Assembly (NCBI GenBank): GCA_043824495.1
Contig: JBDRSV010000024.1
Span: forward strand, 91,056 to 155,055
Direction: 5' to 3'
DNA from: Candidatus Aenigmatarchaeota archaeon
Lineage (GTDB): Archaea > Aenigmatarchaeota > Aenigmatarchaeia > QMZP01
DNA: 64,000 bases
The notes under the pieces are model-generated. The model had not been told where the DNA came from, did not search any database, and worked only from the letters and a program-made list of their open reading frames with translations. How positions within the stretch are numbered: position 1 is the stretch's first letter; each line of letters begins with the position of its first letter. This document shows positions 17,755 through 28,240 of this stretch, piece by piece. The position numbers and the translations under genes are program-made.

Positions 17755-19629
17755 TTACTTCAGAAGCGTCATCTTTTTGCTTTCCGTCAGGCTGGCCGTT
17801 TGCAACCGATAGAAGTACATACCGGACGCGACGGCCTTACCGTAGCGGTCGGTTCCGTCCCAGCTAACCTGATGTGTTCCTTCGGGCTGGGACCCGTTGA
17901 CGAGAGTGGCAACGTTGCGGCCGAGGATATCAAAGACCTCTAGCTTTACGTCTCCTCCCTGAGTCAACTGATAGGAAATCACGGTTCCGGCGTTGAAGGG
18001 GTTCGGGTAGTTCTGGTTCAAGCTGAATGATGTAGGAACGGCTCCTGTTGTCTTGTACGCGATGTTCAGCGTACCTAATGGAATCCACCCAGCCGGAACT
18101 GTCCGGCTGTTGTTGATCTCGTCAGCTATCGTTTTGGCCAACTCGTGATCGCCGAATGGATCGTCGATCAAGTTGTCGCAGTATGTTACCGCCTGTGACA
18201 CAGTCGCGCCGTCATCGCTAATCACAGCGGTTTGTGCCAGTTTGCCGCTAGCGACATTGAGTAGCAAAGCCATGAGTTGCTGTCTGGCTCGATCAATCAT
18301 GTCAACGCTGCCCTTGAGGTTCAGCAACGTCTTCGCGACTTCGAGCTTGTCTTCACAAAGATCCGACACGGGTGGATCGTACACGACGACCTCGTTCACT
18401 GCGTTCGAGTTGAAGTGGCCCGCGATGAGGTCGAGATAGCTACACAGAGTTGAAGCATCGATTTGCGCGCGGCCATTCCCACCAGTAGCGACGCCGACGT
18501 TGTGTTTCCAGAAGCCGATTGTTCGTTGTTCTCCAGCGTCTGACGGGCATCCCAATTCAAAGTCGATTTGGGCTGTGCCTTCACAATCGAGATCGACGGA
18601 CTGTTCGCTCGGAAATGCCGTATACCCGAGGGGGCCAACAAATGATACCATGTAGCTGGCCTCACCCGGGAGGTTCTCGAAATCGTAGTAACCGGCTTCA
18701 TCAGTCACAGCCGATTCTACAAGTACACCGGTGGCATCGAAGACATCAATCGTGATACCAAGAACAGAGCAGTCAGCACTCAGTGTGCCCTCAATTGCGG
18801 CGAAGCATTCTTCCTCTCCACCTCCGCATGCACACGTTCCATCTTCCACCTCAATGGCGGTGATGGTGTTGTCGTAGGCGTCCTTTGACCAGACGACGGT
18901 CAACGGCGCGAAGTTGATGACGTCGCATTCGAGATCCTCATCCCGACCACCGATCGTCGCGAAGTCACTGAGATACACGCCCGTTGTCTTGTCAATGCGA
19001 ACGATGTTGCCCAGACCATCGCGCCCGATGTAAAGGGTGTTCCCCGTCCCAACAATAACACCACTTATTCGATCCAGTGTATTGCCGGCCGCGTCGGTCG
19101 GATACAACGTTCCCAGATAGGCTCCCGAGCCCGCATCGAAGTGGTCAATGCCCGTTGATACATCATCGGAAACCCAGACACTGTTATCCGTCGCATCAAA
19201 GCCAATGCCGTCGATGAAACAGAAGCCCGGTGTTACCACAGAAAACTGGAAAGTGGCTACGCCGGTGGTGGGATCGATGAGATACACGTTCGCCGGACAT
19301 TCGTTGTCACTGCCTCCCCAGATCATGTTGCGCGTATTGTCCCATGCAATAGCGCCGATCGAAACTGGTGTGCCATCCGGTTTGAAAATGGAAACGAAGC
19401 CGAGATCGGTGCCGAATTTGTCTATCGAGTAGAGAGTTGGGTCGAAAGAGTTGGTGTAGAAAATCACACCATCACATCCAACTGCAACACCGATACCGAC
19501 ACCAGACGAGCTTGGAACAGGAACTGTGACGTTCGTGATGACATCACCGGGAGCTGCCATTGACGTAGCGGTGATAGCGGTGAAGAGGCAGAACACAACA
19601 AGCGCAGTGAAAGCTGTGAGACGCTTCAT
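17755..19629 (-). CDS. secreted protein with T9SS (Por) C-terminal sorting domain, CarboxypepD_reg-like domain and beta-propeller-like repeats
   Basis: Signal peptide MKRLTAFTALVVFCLFTAITATSMA. EAGYYDFENLPGEASYMVSFVGPLGY. C-terminal NYPNPFN...YFYRLQTASL sorting domain. GC-rich. Confidence 0.6.
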   Translation of the reverse strand: MKRLTAFTALVVFCLFTAITATSMAAPGDVITNVTVPVPSSSGVGIGVAVGCDGVIFYTNSFDPTLYSIDKFGTDLGFVSIFKPDGTPVSIGAIAWDNTRNMIWGGSDNECPANVYLIDPTTGVATFQFSVVTPGFCFIDGIGFDATDNSVWVSDDVSTGIDHFDAGSGAYLGTLYPTDAAGNTLDRISGVIVGTGNTLYIGRDGLGNIVRIDKTTGVYLSDFATIGGRDEDLECDVINFAPLTVVWSKDAYDNTITAIEVEDGTCACGGGEEECFAAIEGTLSADCSVLGITIDVFDATGVLVESAVTDEAGYYDFENLPGEASYMVSFVGPLGYTAFPSEQSVDLDCEGTAQIDFELGCPSDAGEQRTIGFWKHNVGVATGGNGRAQIDASTLCSYLDLIAGHFNSNAVNEVVVYDPPVSDLCEDKLEVAKTLLNLKGSVDMIDRARQQLMALLLNVASGKLAQTAVISDDGATVSQAVTYCDNLIDDPFGDHELAKTIADEINNSRTVPAGWIPLGTLNIAYKTTGAVPTSFSLNQNYPNPFNAGTVISYQLTQGGDVKLEVFDILGRNVATLVNGSQPEGTHQVSWDGTDRYGKAVASGMYFYRLQTASLTESKKMTLLK

Positions 19630-20175
19630 GGATTTTTATTCCTTAGGTTGTGAGGGAAATATGACCCTCCGGGTTTGTTTTTCGATTAGTTTCTGATTGT
19701 TTGTCGTTTACCACGTTTCCAAGTTAAGGTCCGCGAATCGCTATTTTCATTGGCATCCTCTCTTTGGGTTAATGTTGTCCGCACAAATTGCGGGATTAAA
19801 AGAAGGAAAGACACAAAAGATAGAGTATGTCTTATGTAGACTGAGAGTAAAATCATTCGAAGAATAAAGCTAATACTATTAAAACAAACATGCATGTTTG
19901 ATGTGTTTCTTTTCATGTTTTTTGTGTTAGCCAATGTACCGTTTCTATGGTTAATTGGATTGATTGAGTTGCAATCAATACAAATTTAAATGATGTTCGA
20001 ATGAGTAGCATGATTTAAATTGTATACAAAAATTGACGTTGATTCATCGTCGTTTTTTTGTGTTTTGGTATTTTTTTTGATTCTAGCTTGTCGCTTTTGT
20101 CAAGTCTTTAACTCAAGTATATAGCTTACAGGTATTTAAATGTTTTCTAACACATTTTTTTTAATTTTCTTTCTT

Positions 20176-20197
20176 TTATCCCTTTAAATAGACATAT
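20176..20197 (+). repeat. junction motif copy 3 (TTATCCCTTTAAATAGACATAT, slightly divergent)
   Basis: At the AT-to-GC switch that opens island C. Followed by inverted repeat AACGGGCG...CGCCCGTT. Confidence 0.75.
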
Positions 20198-20199
20198 AA

Positions 20200-23100
20200 A
20201 AAGGCAAACGGGCGAAGATTTGGAGCCAAACTCTTCTTGATGTCTCACCTCCGCCCGTTAAATGCCGTTGTCCGGCCTATCAATTTACCCGCCGGTTAGG
20301 TGAGCACATGTGCTCGTGTCCCAGAGGCGCATGTTTTCATGCCCTCCTTTGCCGGGTTCTTACGCGAACGTGCTGCTTGACCGAGATAATGTAGCTGCCA
20401 GATTCCCCACAACCTTGTTATTGGTGGAACCGCGACAGCGGTCGGTCCAGTCCGTATGCATCGTAGCCTCACTTGGTGAAGGACTGCGAATCAAGAGACG
20501 GGGATTCAGAAGAATCCCCGTCTCACGAGTTGACGGTTGGTACGAGATATATCAAAGGAAGTCTTTATGCCATTGGGTGCATTCCGAAACCTTTAGCCTC
20601 GTCCGTCTCCGAGGGATCCTATCAAAGGTTTCATAAAGGAAATTTCATGGACCTCGTTACGATAGGATCGGAGTGGCGTAAAGCCACGGCCAGAACCTCG
20701 AGGTCCCCCAGGATAAGATCACCGTTTGAATATGAGTCAGCGGTGAACGTAAGGGTGCTGGCGATTCTTCTTCGCATTCAAACCCTCCAGGGAACACTTC
20801 GTAATTTGTGTTGTCAGCGGCTGTTTACGAATCGGCGGTGATCGTTTCCACCACGGTACATGTCGGCGTGGTGACAAACGATGAAGAAGCGACTTCAAAA
20901 CGCGCGCGGCCATTGCTCGGCGGCGGCGAATGAGCCCAGGCATTGACGGCGGTCGCGGCGGTATTCATCCAGGAAGCGACCACTGGTGACCCGCGAAGGG
21001 TCGGTAATCGGTTCATAGAGCAAGCTCCATTTCTTCCGATAGGAAAATTCCAATCCACTTTACAAACTCTCGCCTAAACAGAAAGTATTGTCACATAACT
21101 TTCCGTCGCAAAAGAGAATGTGAAGAGGAAACAATTTCGTACACCTCGTCAAGAGATCGTCTCCATTTTCACCCTACATGGGCTAGGCGAGAGGATAGAC
21201 CAGTTGCTGATAGAGATGTAGAGGGAACCGTTTTCATCCGAAGATCTCTCCCGTCCCTCAGGGAGTAAGTTGCTCGTCCACCAGGTTCCCATACCAAGGG
21301 AGCTGGCAACTCTGCCATTCTCTCTATCCGACTCTCTGTTGTCATCGCCACTACGGCAACAACTCTTAGCCTATCCGGCGTAGGATTATGAGAGTGTAGA
21401 GCGAATTCCTCGTTCCATGTTTGTTCTGTATCGCTGCCTGTTATGATATCCAATCCTGAAAACGGGATTGGGTCAGCGGTATAAACAATACAGGAACCAT
21501 ATATGAGGTAGCAGAGTGTCATGATTCCCAGCATGACAACTCCTTACAAGGGCACATGGTTATATGGTAAATGCTCTCTCCGTCAACAAATCGTGCCCTC
21601 TAAGACATGTTTAGGAGAGAAAGGCGACAACTCATGAAGTGTTCTTCAGGTGGACCCGTCATCACTGTTATTGCGTTGACGGCCTTCTCCTTGACCCGGA
21701 CTTAGACGTGTGGCTTTCGGTGTTTTCGCGGCGCGTTTCTGCTGTTTTGGACTACGCTTCTTGTTGCTCGGAAGCCCGTCTCGGGCACCACCGTGACACG
21801 TCATGAAAGACCTCGTTTGTGAGGAGTTCAGTTCAAGCTTGTGCTGGAACTGTTTGGAACGAGGAATTGTTACTCTTTACGGCGAGCGATTGTGTGTCAT
21901 CGTAACTCCTTGACAATGGTTTCCACAAGCTCCAAAATAAAAAAGAGCTGTTGTTTTCAAATTCAGTTGGGAATCTCCTAGCCCGCCCCCAGAACTGACT
22001 AGAGGAGATCCCCAACTTTTGTACAGCGCACCCCGTGCATTGTTTTCAGGGTGGAGGGGCCCGGCGGTCAACTGAGCCCCTCACTGGACGAATCGGTCAC
22101 AGATAACATGTTACGCATTACCGACTCGAAATCTATGCCACGGCAGTAGATGGAAGTGGTCGCATCTACCGCCGGGCTTCACGACGTTGTGCATTTTGTC
22201 GCCTTCAGCCTTACACAACGCCGTTATTTCCCCACCCACAGGGAATTTAATATCGCGGGGCCTCACTCAGGAGACCCCGCTTCCGTTGGGTTTACTACCG
22301 AATTGTTCGGTAGCGTTCTTCCACGACAGACATACGCACATGCGCACGTCTTCATTTCTTTGAGGACCTACTCATCTCCGATTTGAGTAGGTCCTCGGCT
22401 CCCCACAACCCCCCGATCAGCACCGGGAATTTTTTTGAGGGGAAATCTGAGCAGATATCTCAGACTCCCCTCCCGTCAGGTCTACCGACCAGCACTTCCG
22501 GTTGGACGCCGGAAATTCTTTATTAGAAGGGGTTTCCCCTCTCCAAGAAACCCCTTCCTCTTCGGCGTAGCGCGTCTCACGCGCTTTAGTGCATCGATCC
22601 CCACCGATCAGGTAAAACCCTTGGATGGTTCTCTCCCCGAACCCCCACTGAAATATTTTGGAACCCCTCATAGATCCCCGTAATCTCCGAGAGGTTCCGA
22701 CAGCAGCACCATACAAATGGGACTACCGTGACAATCAAAAATACCGGAATCCACCGCGTCAGAAGAGGATTCCGGTATTCTACATCGCTGGTTGTGTTGA
22801 GAGCTTACCCCTTACTGGTCTTAACGAGTATGTTACGTCGGACTTCCTTTCACCAAATATACGGGTCACTACAGAATACCCGATCGATCCGCTTTGTTGT
22901 CTTAATCTCACCAGCGGATAGTGACGCGGTTACAGCCAGCGATTTCGCCTTTATACAACAGGCGTCTCCAAACCAAAATGGAAATTGGAGTTGTTGCTTC
23001 CACACTTCCGGATTTCCCCCTCCGGTAAACTCTAAGGTACTGATAGGTGACCGCTCGTGTTTCTTGTGTTCGCAATTGCCGATTGCATCAAGCTCTTCGT

Positions 23101-23800
23101 AGATCTAGATCTGGAAGTAATTAGCAAACGATCACAATAAACAGACAACTGGGAGAAGTCCATTTCTACCAGTACCTGGATTTTCTAACCCTCGGGAGGT
23201 GTGTACAAGCCTAAGCAGAGTTTGTCCTGTTGAATTGGCCCCGAGGGTAAGTGGCCTTCCGGAAGAGAATTGGTGAGGTCCTGTAACAGAACTCTATCTC
23301 ATTCCGGGGTAAAGCTCAAGGCACAGCCAGAAGGAGACGTATTACCTTGAGAAGTTGGTCTCCCGAGTGAAGAAATTCGAGATGTCCCATCGATGAAGGA
23401 CATCTCTTCTCCACTCGGGCTCATTCGTCAGCCTGGAAGGAGAAGTGCAAGAGTTTTCGCGCAATTACTCTCTCTCCTCCCGGGAAATTTATGACCTCCT
23501 GGTCCGAAACTTGTGCCGCGGTAAACCAGAAGGCGTAACTGCTAGGCTATGTGACGGCCACAGCAGTAGGGATCGAATCCAATACACGAAAGACAGCTAA
23601 GACTAACTCTGTCTCGTGTGGTTTACGAGTAAAATTCAGAAATCGATAGTCTTCGGCCTCTTCGAGGGAAACTGCTTAAGCGCTTAATTGCAGCGCGTTA
23701 TGTTTCCTGGTAAGTGACCTGTTCTCTAGGATGTACCGAAGGCTAACTTAGTTAGTCTCGGGAAATTCGCGTGTGATTGGTAGAAATGAAACATGAAATG
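20200..23800. other. GC-rich ORF-poor island C, dense in perfect hairpins; candidate structured ncRNA(s) or degraded foreign DNA
   Basis: No ORF over 125 aa in 3.6 kb, versus dense coding elsewhere. Many perfect 6-13 bp inverted repeats, e.g. 22363..22397, 22525..22556, 22741..22778, 23366..23430. Confidence 0.5.
21169..21534 (-). CDS. small hypothetical protein with N-terminal hydrophobic segment
   Basis: Perfect SD AAGGAG plus 5 nt before the ATG (rc of 21535-21546). MLGIMTLCYLIYGSCIVYTA is signal/TM-like. Confidence 0.4.
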   Translation of the reverse strand: MLGIMTLCYLIYGSCIVYTADPIPFSGLDIITGSDTEQTWNEEFALHSHNPTPDRLRVVAVVAMTTESRIERMAELPAPLVWEPGGRATYSLRDGRDLRMKTVPSTSLSATGLSSRLAHVG

Positions 23801-23949
23801 TCCTTATATATAAATGTAATTTAATTACTTAAATAGGTTGATGGATAGCTTTAAAAAGGTACTATTAAAATTATTTTTTTGTGAAGGGATCGATATACCA
23901 AGTGCTTCCAAAAATAAAGAGTAGAAAAAAATAAGAGTGAAAAAAGCAA

Positions 23950-25992
23950 TTAACCAATGAATTCAACCTTTTCAAAACTGCCGTTTTCTTCAAATTTGTC
24001 TAATGTTGATACGAAAATTATTACTTTTTTCTTGTCTTCTTTACAGATTCTAGCTGCTTGTTGTATTACCATGTTCTTGATTCTGTCTGAAGCACATATG
24101 AAATGATTGCTTTGTTTCAAGTCCTGATAAATTAATTCTCTATCATCTGTGTCTTCAACCATTATAGTTAATTCTTTTCCATCGTTCTGTAAATATATTC
24201 TGTTACCTTCTTGTTCACTCTTCCATCCGACTTCATTAAAGGTCTGCATGATACCTGTTAAGTTCAATTCTTTTTTCTGTGTTGAGTTACCAAATTTATT
24301 AGTGAAAACTTTCTCTCCTATATTTGTAAGAAAGTAATAACATAATCTATTCTTCTTAACTTTAGCATCAGCTGAATCAACTAATCCGTTATAAGTTAAG
24401 TTCTCAACCTTTTTCTTGAAAGTTGCTCCTGACATTTTTACATTTGTGTATATCTGAGATGTGTAAGCAGCACTACCATTACCAATGGTTTTCATCATAG
24501 CCCACTCTTGTTCTCCTAAATCCTCAATTGGAAGAGAGTTTATGAATTCTTCTTCCTTTACTGGAGGAGGTGAGTAGCTATCTTCTTTAGCTATTCTGTC
24601 TTTCATGTGCTCTCTGATATCATCATCTACAATAGAGTTCTTAACCAGTTTAGCCTTGTCGAATTTTACAAGGAATGGTTCTGGGAAATTCATAGAGTGT
24701 CTCAAAAGCATGAAACCGTGACCTACTGGCAGTCTTCTTAGATACTTACCTTCTTCTCTAGAATCAAGACCAAGCATGTTTGAAGCGTCTTGAATATCTG
24801 AAGTATGTTTTGTATCCAAACCTAGATTCATGTATATATGAGTAGAAGTATTACCAATTGCTGGATATGAAACTAAAGATGGATGCTGATCTATGTATAT
24901 CATTCCTAATCCTAATTCTCTAATTTCTCTAAATATTAATTCTACAACGGTTTCTGATCCTAATTTGGCAGATTTTTCTCTGTTAAGAACATGATGAGCT
25001 TCTTCCATCACTATACATCCTATGACTTCTTCTTTTCCGCCTTCTACGAGTAACCAATCTCTTATCCACTGTAGAATTATTTCTATGATAAAGCTCTTAT
25101 CATTAACATCAAGAGCATCTAATTCTAGAATTGTTACCTTTCCTTTCTTGAAGAAATCAGATGGTTTTATACCTTCTACACAGTCGAATATATGACCTGT
25201 GTCTTTGAAGCATAATGACTCTAATGGTCTTTCAGCTGTTGCTAACCAGTTTCTTTCTCTTGTTGGCAGCTTACCTTCTGCATATTCTGCTAAGTAATCT
25301 TTAAGGTCAAACAGTGTTGGATTTTTCTTTTCCTTGAAAACTCCATCTAAAGCTTTCAAGATTACGTGTCTTCCACCACCGAGTAACCAGTAAGAATGAT
25401 CGAATATTGAAGAGAACTCTTTCATCCACTGTGTTTGACTAATTCCTTTAGGACCTTTCAGTGGATTGAATTTGAAAGGAGCTACGCCTCTTCCGATTGT
25501 GTAAATATCTATTTTGTCTTTAATTTTAGTTGATAGTAAATCTTTATAATTTCTCTTAGAGAAATCAAATATCAAAACAGGAATATCCTTTTCTGCTAAT
25601 TCTTCAATTAAGTTATATGAAATATTTGTTTTACCATAACCAGATGAACCAAATATTCCTATATGTGTAAGTAAGTTTTTCTCTTCTAGCATGATTGGAT
25701 ATAAACCCTTTCTTCCGTATAAAACATCACCTAATCTAATTGTTCCTTTAGCTGCTGCTTCTTGGCTAGGAGGTTCCATTAGTACTGTATCTCTTAGATC
25801 TTCATCAGCAGAAACTGCGGCTTTTATAACATCAAGTAGTTCGAAGATTCTTTGTCTTACATCTTCGTTTCCAACTAAGTAAGCTTTACTTAATCTCAAA
25901 GCTTTGTCTTTACCCAAGATTGGAGTAAGCTTCTTAATTTCATCTGCAATTAGTTTTTCTTGAATATTAATCATTTGTACCACCCAAATCAT
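23950..25992 (-). CDS. HerA/FtsK-superfamily ATPase (DUF87-like) with C-terminal winged-helix region
   Basis: Walker A GIFGSSGYGKTN. Walker B IVMEEAHHVL (EEAH typical of HerA). C-terminal wHTH-like segment. Confidence 0.6.
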   Translation of the reverse strand: MIWVVQMINIQEKLIADEIKKLTPILGKDKALRLSKAYLVGNEDVRQRIFELLDVIKAAVSADEDLRDTVLMEPPSQEAAAKGTIRLGDVLYGRKGLYPIMLEEKNLLTHIGIFGSSGYGKTNISYNLIEELAEKDIPVLIFDFSKRNYKDLLSTKIKDKIDIYTIGRGVAPFKFNPLKGPKGISQTQWMKEFSSIFDHSYWLLGGGRHVILKALDGVFKEKKNPTLFDLKDYLAEYAEGKLPTRERNWLATAERPLESLCFKDTGHIFDCVEGIKPSDFFKKGKVTILELDALDVNDKSFIIEIILQWIRDWLLVEGGKEEVIGCIVMEEAHHVLNREKSAKLGSETVVELIFREIRELGLGMIYIDQHPSLVSYPAIGNTSTHIYMNLGLDTKHTSDIQDASNMLGLDSREEGKYLRRLPVGHGFMLLRHSMNFPEPFLVKFDKAKLVKNSIVDDDIREHMKDRIAKEDSYSPPPVKEEEFINSLPIEDLGEQEWAMMKTIGNGSAAYTSQIYTNVKMSGATFKKKVENLTYNGLVDSADAKVKKNRLCYYFLTNIGEKVFTNKFGNSTQKKELNLTGIMQTFNEVGWKSEQEGNRIYLQNDGKELTIMVEDTDDRELIYQDLKQSNHFICASDRIKNMVIQQAARICKEDKKKVIIFVSTLDKFEENGSFEKVEFIG

Positions 25993-26515
25993 TAAAGATC
26001 TTTAAGATCTTATTTTCTGTTTGTAGTTGTTCCAGGAGCTCTCTTAGCTCTGTTTTTAATTCTAATCCATCTCTCCAAAAAAGAATATTTTCTTGTCTTT
26101 TTTCTTTTCTGAGAATAGAAACATCAAGTTTGAAATTTCTCTTTTCATCGATGTCTGTGATATGATTCATCATATCGTCTTTTTCTTCGATGTCTTCTTC
26201 AATTTCTTTTAAGAATGTTTTGTGGAGAACTTCTCTTTCTTTCATAGTGTTTTCAATTTCACTAACTCTTATTTGCAAGAATTCTACTTTATCGAATAAG
26301 CTTCCAATAACTAGAGGATCATCTCTTTTTAGAGCAGTGAGTTTACTTTCTTCAAATCTTGGCATTGATCTTTTCTTAATAATTTGAACTTCTCTAACTT
26401 CGGGTTCATCTAGATCAATCTCATCATGTCTAATTAAAGACTCACGTCTTCTCTTTTTTGTAATGTCTTCATACTCGTCAAGAGTTTTATAATAGGGTTC
26501 CATTAATCTGTCCAT
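25967..26515 (-). CDS. coiled-coil protein, operon partner of the HerA-like ATPase
   Basis: 182 aa, highly charged heptad-like sequence. 26-nt overlap with the downstream ATPase gene. Confidence 0.45.
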   Translation of the reverse strand: MDRLMEPYYKTLDEYEDITKKRRRESLIRHDEIDLDEPEVREVQIIKKRSMPRFEESKLTALKRDDPLVIGSLFDKVEFLQIRVSEIENTMKEREVLHKTFLKEIEEDIEEKDDMMNHITDIDEKRNFKLDVSILRKEKRQENILFWRDGLELKTELRELLEQLQTENKILKIFNDLGGTND

Positions 26516-27342
26516 AATAATTACCTCGAGTGACCATTTGTCACTATCTGATAGTTAAAATATGTATAAAGGGTTTATAAAGCTTTCGGTTAGCTTGCAG
26601 TGTGCTGTTTTTGAGCGTAAAAATCGTGTACGAAAGACAATTTTCTTGGGTTTCCATGACTTTTGTGCCAACGAAAGACATATTCTGTCTTTAGTAAGAG
26701 AGTTAATAAAGATTTCTGTCTCGCGCCTTATAAAGGATCCGAATTGGATATTTTATATAGTAATTAATTACTATTGTAGAGATCTTTATTTACTTAAGTC
26801 TTTACATAAATAATTCTCAAATACTTTTTGTCTTTGCTAAAGTTTAATGCAGATTTTCCTCGAAACTTTTGTGGAAATTCTTGAAATCAAATGTCTTCTA
26901 GTTTTGCTAGAGCTTTTGAAGACATGGAAACTCTCATAAAACCCCAACCGAAAAGTATTTAAACCCTTTGACTATAATTTCACTATAGATTAGTGACAAC
27001 AAATTAAGAAATGTCTGAGTTATGTGTGGTGTCAAATCCTACATAACTATCTTTACAATCTACGCAACTTTGAATAAAAAGAATTTCGGGTTAAACTCGC
27101 AATTCTAAACTCAGAGAAATTGAGTGCACAGGAATTTAGGCGCGGCCTAAAATCCCCATAAGAAATCCAAAAAAATGACACGCTTTGTGTCAAAAAATGT
27201 GATTTGAGGGGGTTTGATTTCCTTAGCTCTGAGTATCTACTTTTCGAAAACCACGAAGACTCGCGTAACAATTCTAAGCAATAAATATAGTGAAATTCCA
27301 GACTTCTGTAGACTTTCGCTGTCTGACATAGAAATTAACAAG

Positions 27343-27354
27343 TTGACAATAAAC
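27343..27354 (+). promoter_or_regulatory. TTGACAATAAAC sigma70-like -35 element upstream of 27378 (copy 1 of the island D promoter cassette)
   Basis: Same TGACAAT(A/T)AAC as at 29368 and 30278. SD GGGAGGG before ATG 27378. Confidence 0.4.
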
Positions 27355-27377
27355 GGAAACTTCTGGGAGGGATTGTC

Positions 27378-27740
27378 ATGAGAAATATCATGAGCTGTGT
27401 TTTCCTGCTGCTCACATTATTCCTGGTGAGTTGTGCGAAAAGTGGTCCGGAGCTGGGGAGTGATATCCGGATCAGTGGAACAATCGTCGACATGAGCGAA
27501 GGAGGTAGTAGGGATTTCCTGATCCAGTCCGGAGGAAAACTCTACCATTTCGGTACTCGACTGCAATTTAAATGGAGTAAACTTCGTGCGGGACATTACG
27601 TCACCGTGGATGGGAAGTTTGGGGGACCGTGCGAGGAAGCCTCAATGTTCAGACGCTACATGTACGACGACGAAGGGAACTTCATCAAGTCCCTCGAGGT
27701 CTATGACATCATCCATGTTTCGAACGTGGAGAGGCAGTGA
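27378..27740 (+). CDS. lipoprotein (hypothetical)
   Basis: MRNIMSCVFLLLTLFLVSC has lipobox LVSC. GC-rich, with SD. Confidence 0.5.
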   Translation: MRNIMSCVFLLLTLFLVSCAKSGPELGSDIRISGTIVDMSEGGSRDFLIQSGGKLYHFGTRLQFKWSKLRAGHYVTVDGKFGGPCEEASMFRRYMYDDEGNFIKSLEVYDIIHVSNVERQ

Positions 27741-27869
27741 TCCCACTGAGTTCATCCAATTCATCGGGTGGACCCAGATGAGATTATTGTCTAAAGGCTA
27801 AATCAGCAGGCCTTGAATTGTTGGTAGGGATCATTGGAAGATTCCCAAAAACATGGCAAGGAGGGCAAC

Positions 27870-28022
27870 ATGTCGCAGGGAACCAAAAACACCAAAGACA
27901 CAGGAACAAGAGCGTTTCTGGTTATCGACGGAACTACAGGAGACCTCATTCCTGTGAAAGCATCGTCTGGACGAAAAGCTGAGCAAATCGCCGGCAGCGT
28001 AACCAGACAATCCCGCAAATAA
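27870..28022 (+). CDS. small hypothetical protein (50 aa)
   Basis: AAGGAGGG SD 7 nt before ATG 27870. Hairpin GAGTATC...GATACTC after the stop. Confidence 0.3.
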   Translation: MSQGTKNTKDTGTRAFLVIDGTTGDLIPVKASSGRKAEQIAGSVTRQSRK

Positions 28023-28159
28023 AATTACCCACTGTGAATTCCCCAGGAGTATCATCCGCCCGGAAGATACTCTGTTCTCCCCCATACTACCATAGGCCAC
28101 ACGGAGCTCATCAGGTTTTCACTTGGTGGGCTCCAGTGAGATCTTTGGTGGTTAACGTT

Positions 28160-28240
28160 CCATAACCGTTTCATTCACAACCTTTTGCCGACCTTGTCTG
28201 CATTGCAGCTCAAGGAAGTGTGTAAAGGAAGGAGAGTGTC
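28160..28240 (+). promoter_or_regulatory. conserved leader/promoter region copy A (CCATAACC...CCTTTTGCCGACCTTGTCTG...AAAGGAAGGAGA-ATG)
   Basis: About 75% identical to 32682..32757 upstream of gene 32758. Preceded by GAGCTCAT...GGTGGGCTC, similar to 31980-32030 and 32613-32665. Confidence 0.5.

Noticed and set aside
19630-20175. Expected second (inverted) copy of the junction motif at the right end of island B
   Set aside because: Searched the 540-bp AT-rich spacer and found no copy. Islands carry the motif at one end only.
22417-22921. Overlapping plus and minus ORFs in island C (22417..22716, 22435..22683, 22658..22921)
   Set aside because: They are Arg/Pro-rich low-complexity translations of hairpin-rich GC DNA. 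They have no SD and no plausible domains.
20200-23800. Possible rRNA operon in GC-rich ORF-free island C
   Set aside because: Only partial short matches to universal rRNA motifs were found: GTGCC..GCGGTAA at about 23513, and the rc of CTTGTACACACC at 23196. There is no 530-loop, no sarcin-ricin loop and no 3'-end anti-SD sequence, so it is not a recognisable 16S or 23S gene.
28190-28215. Sigma-54 promoter (TTGCA at -12) in the conserved leader
   Set aside because: There is no TGGCAC -24 element at the proper spacing, and the TTGCA is absent from the second leader copy.
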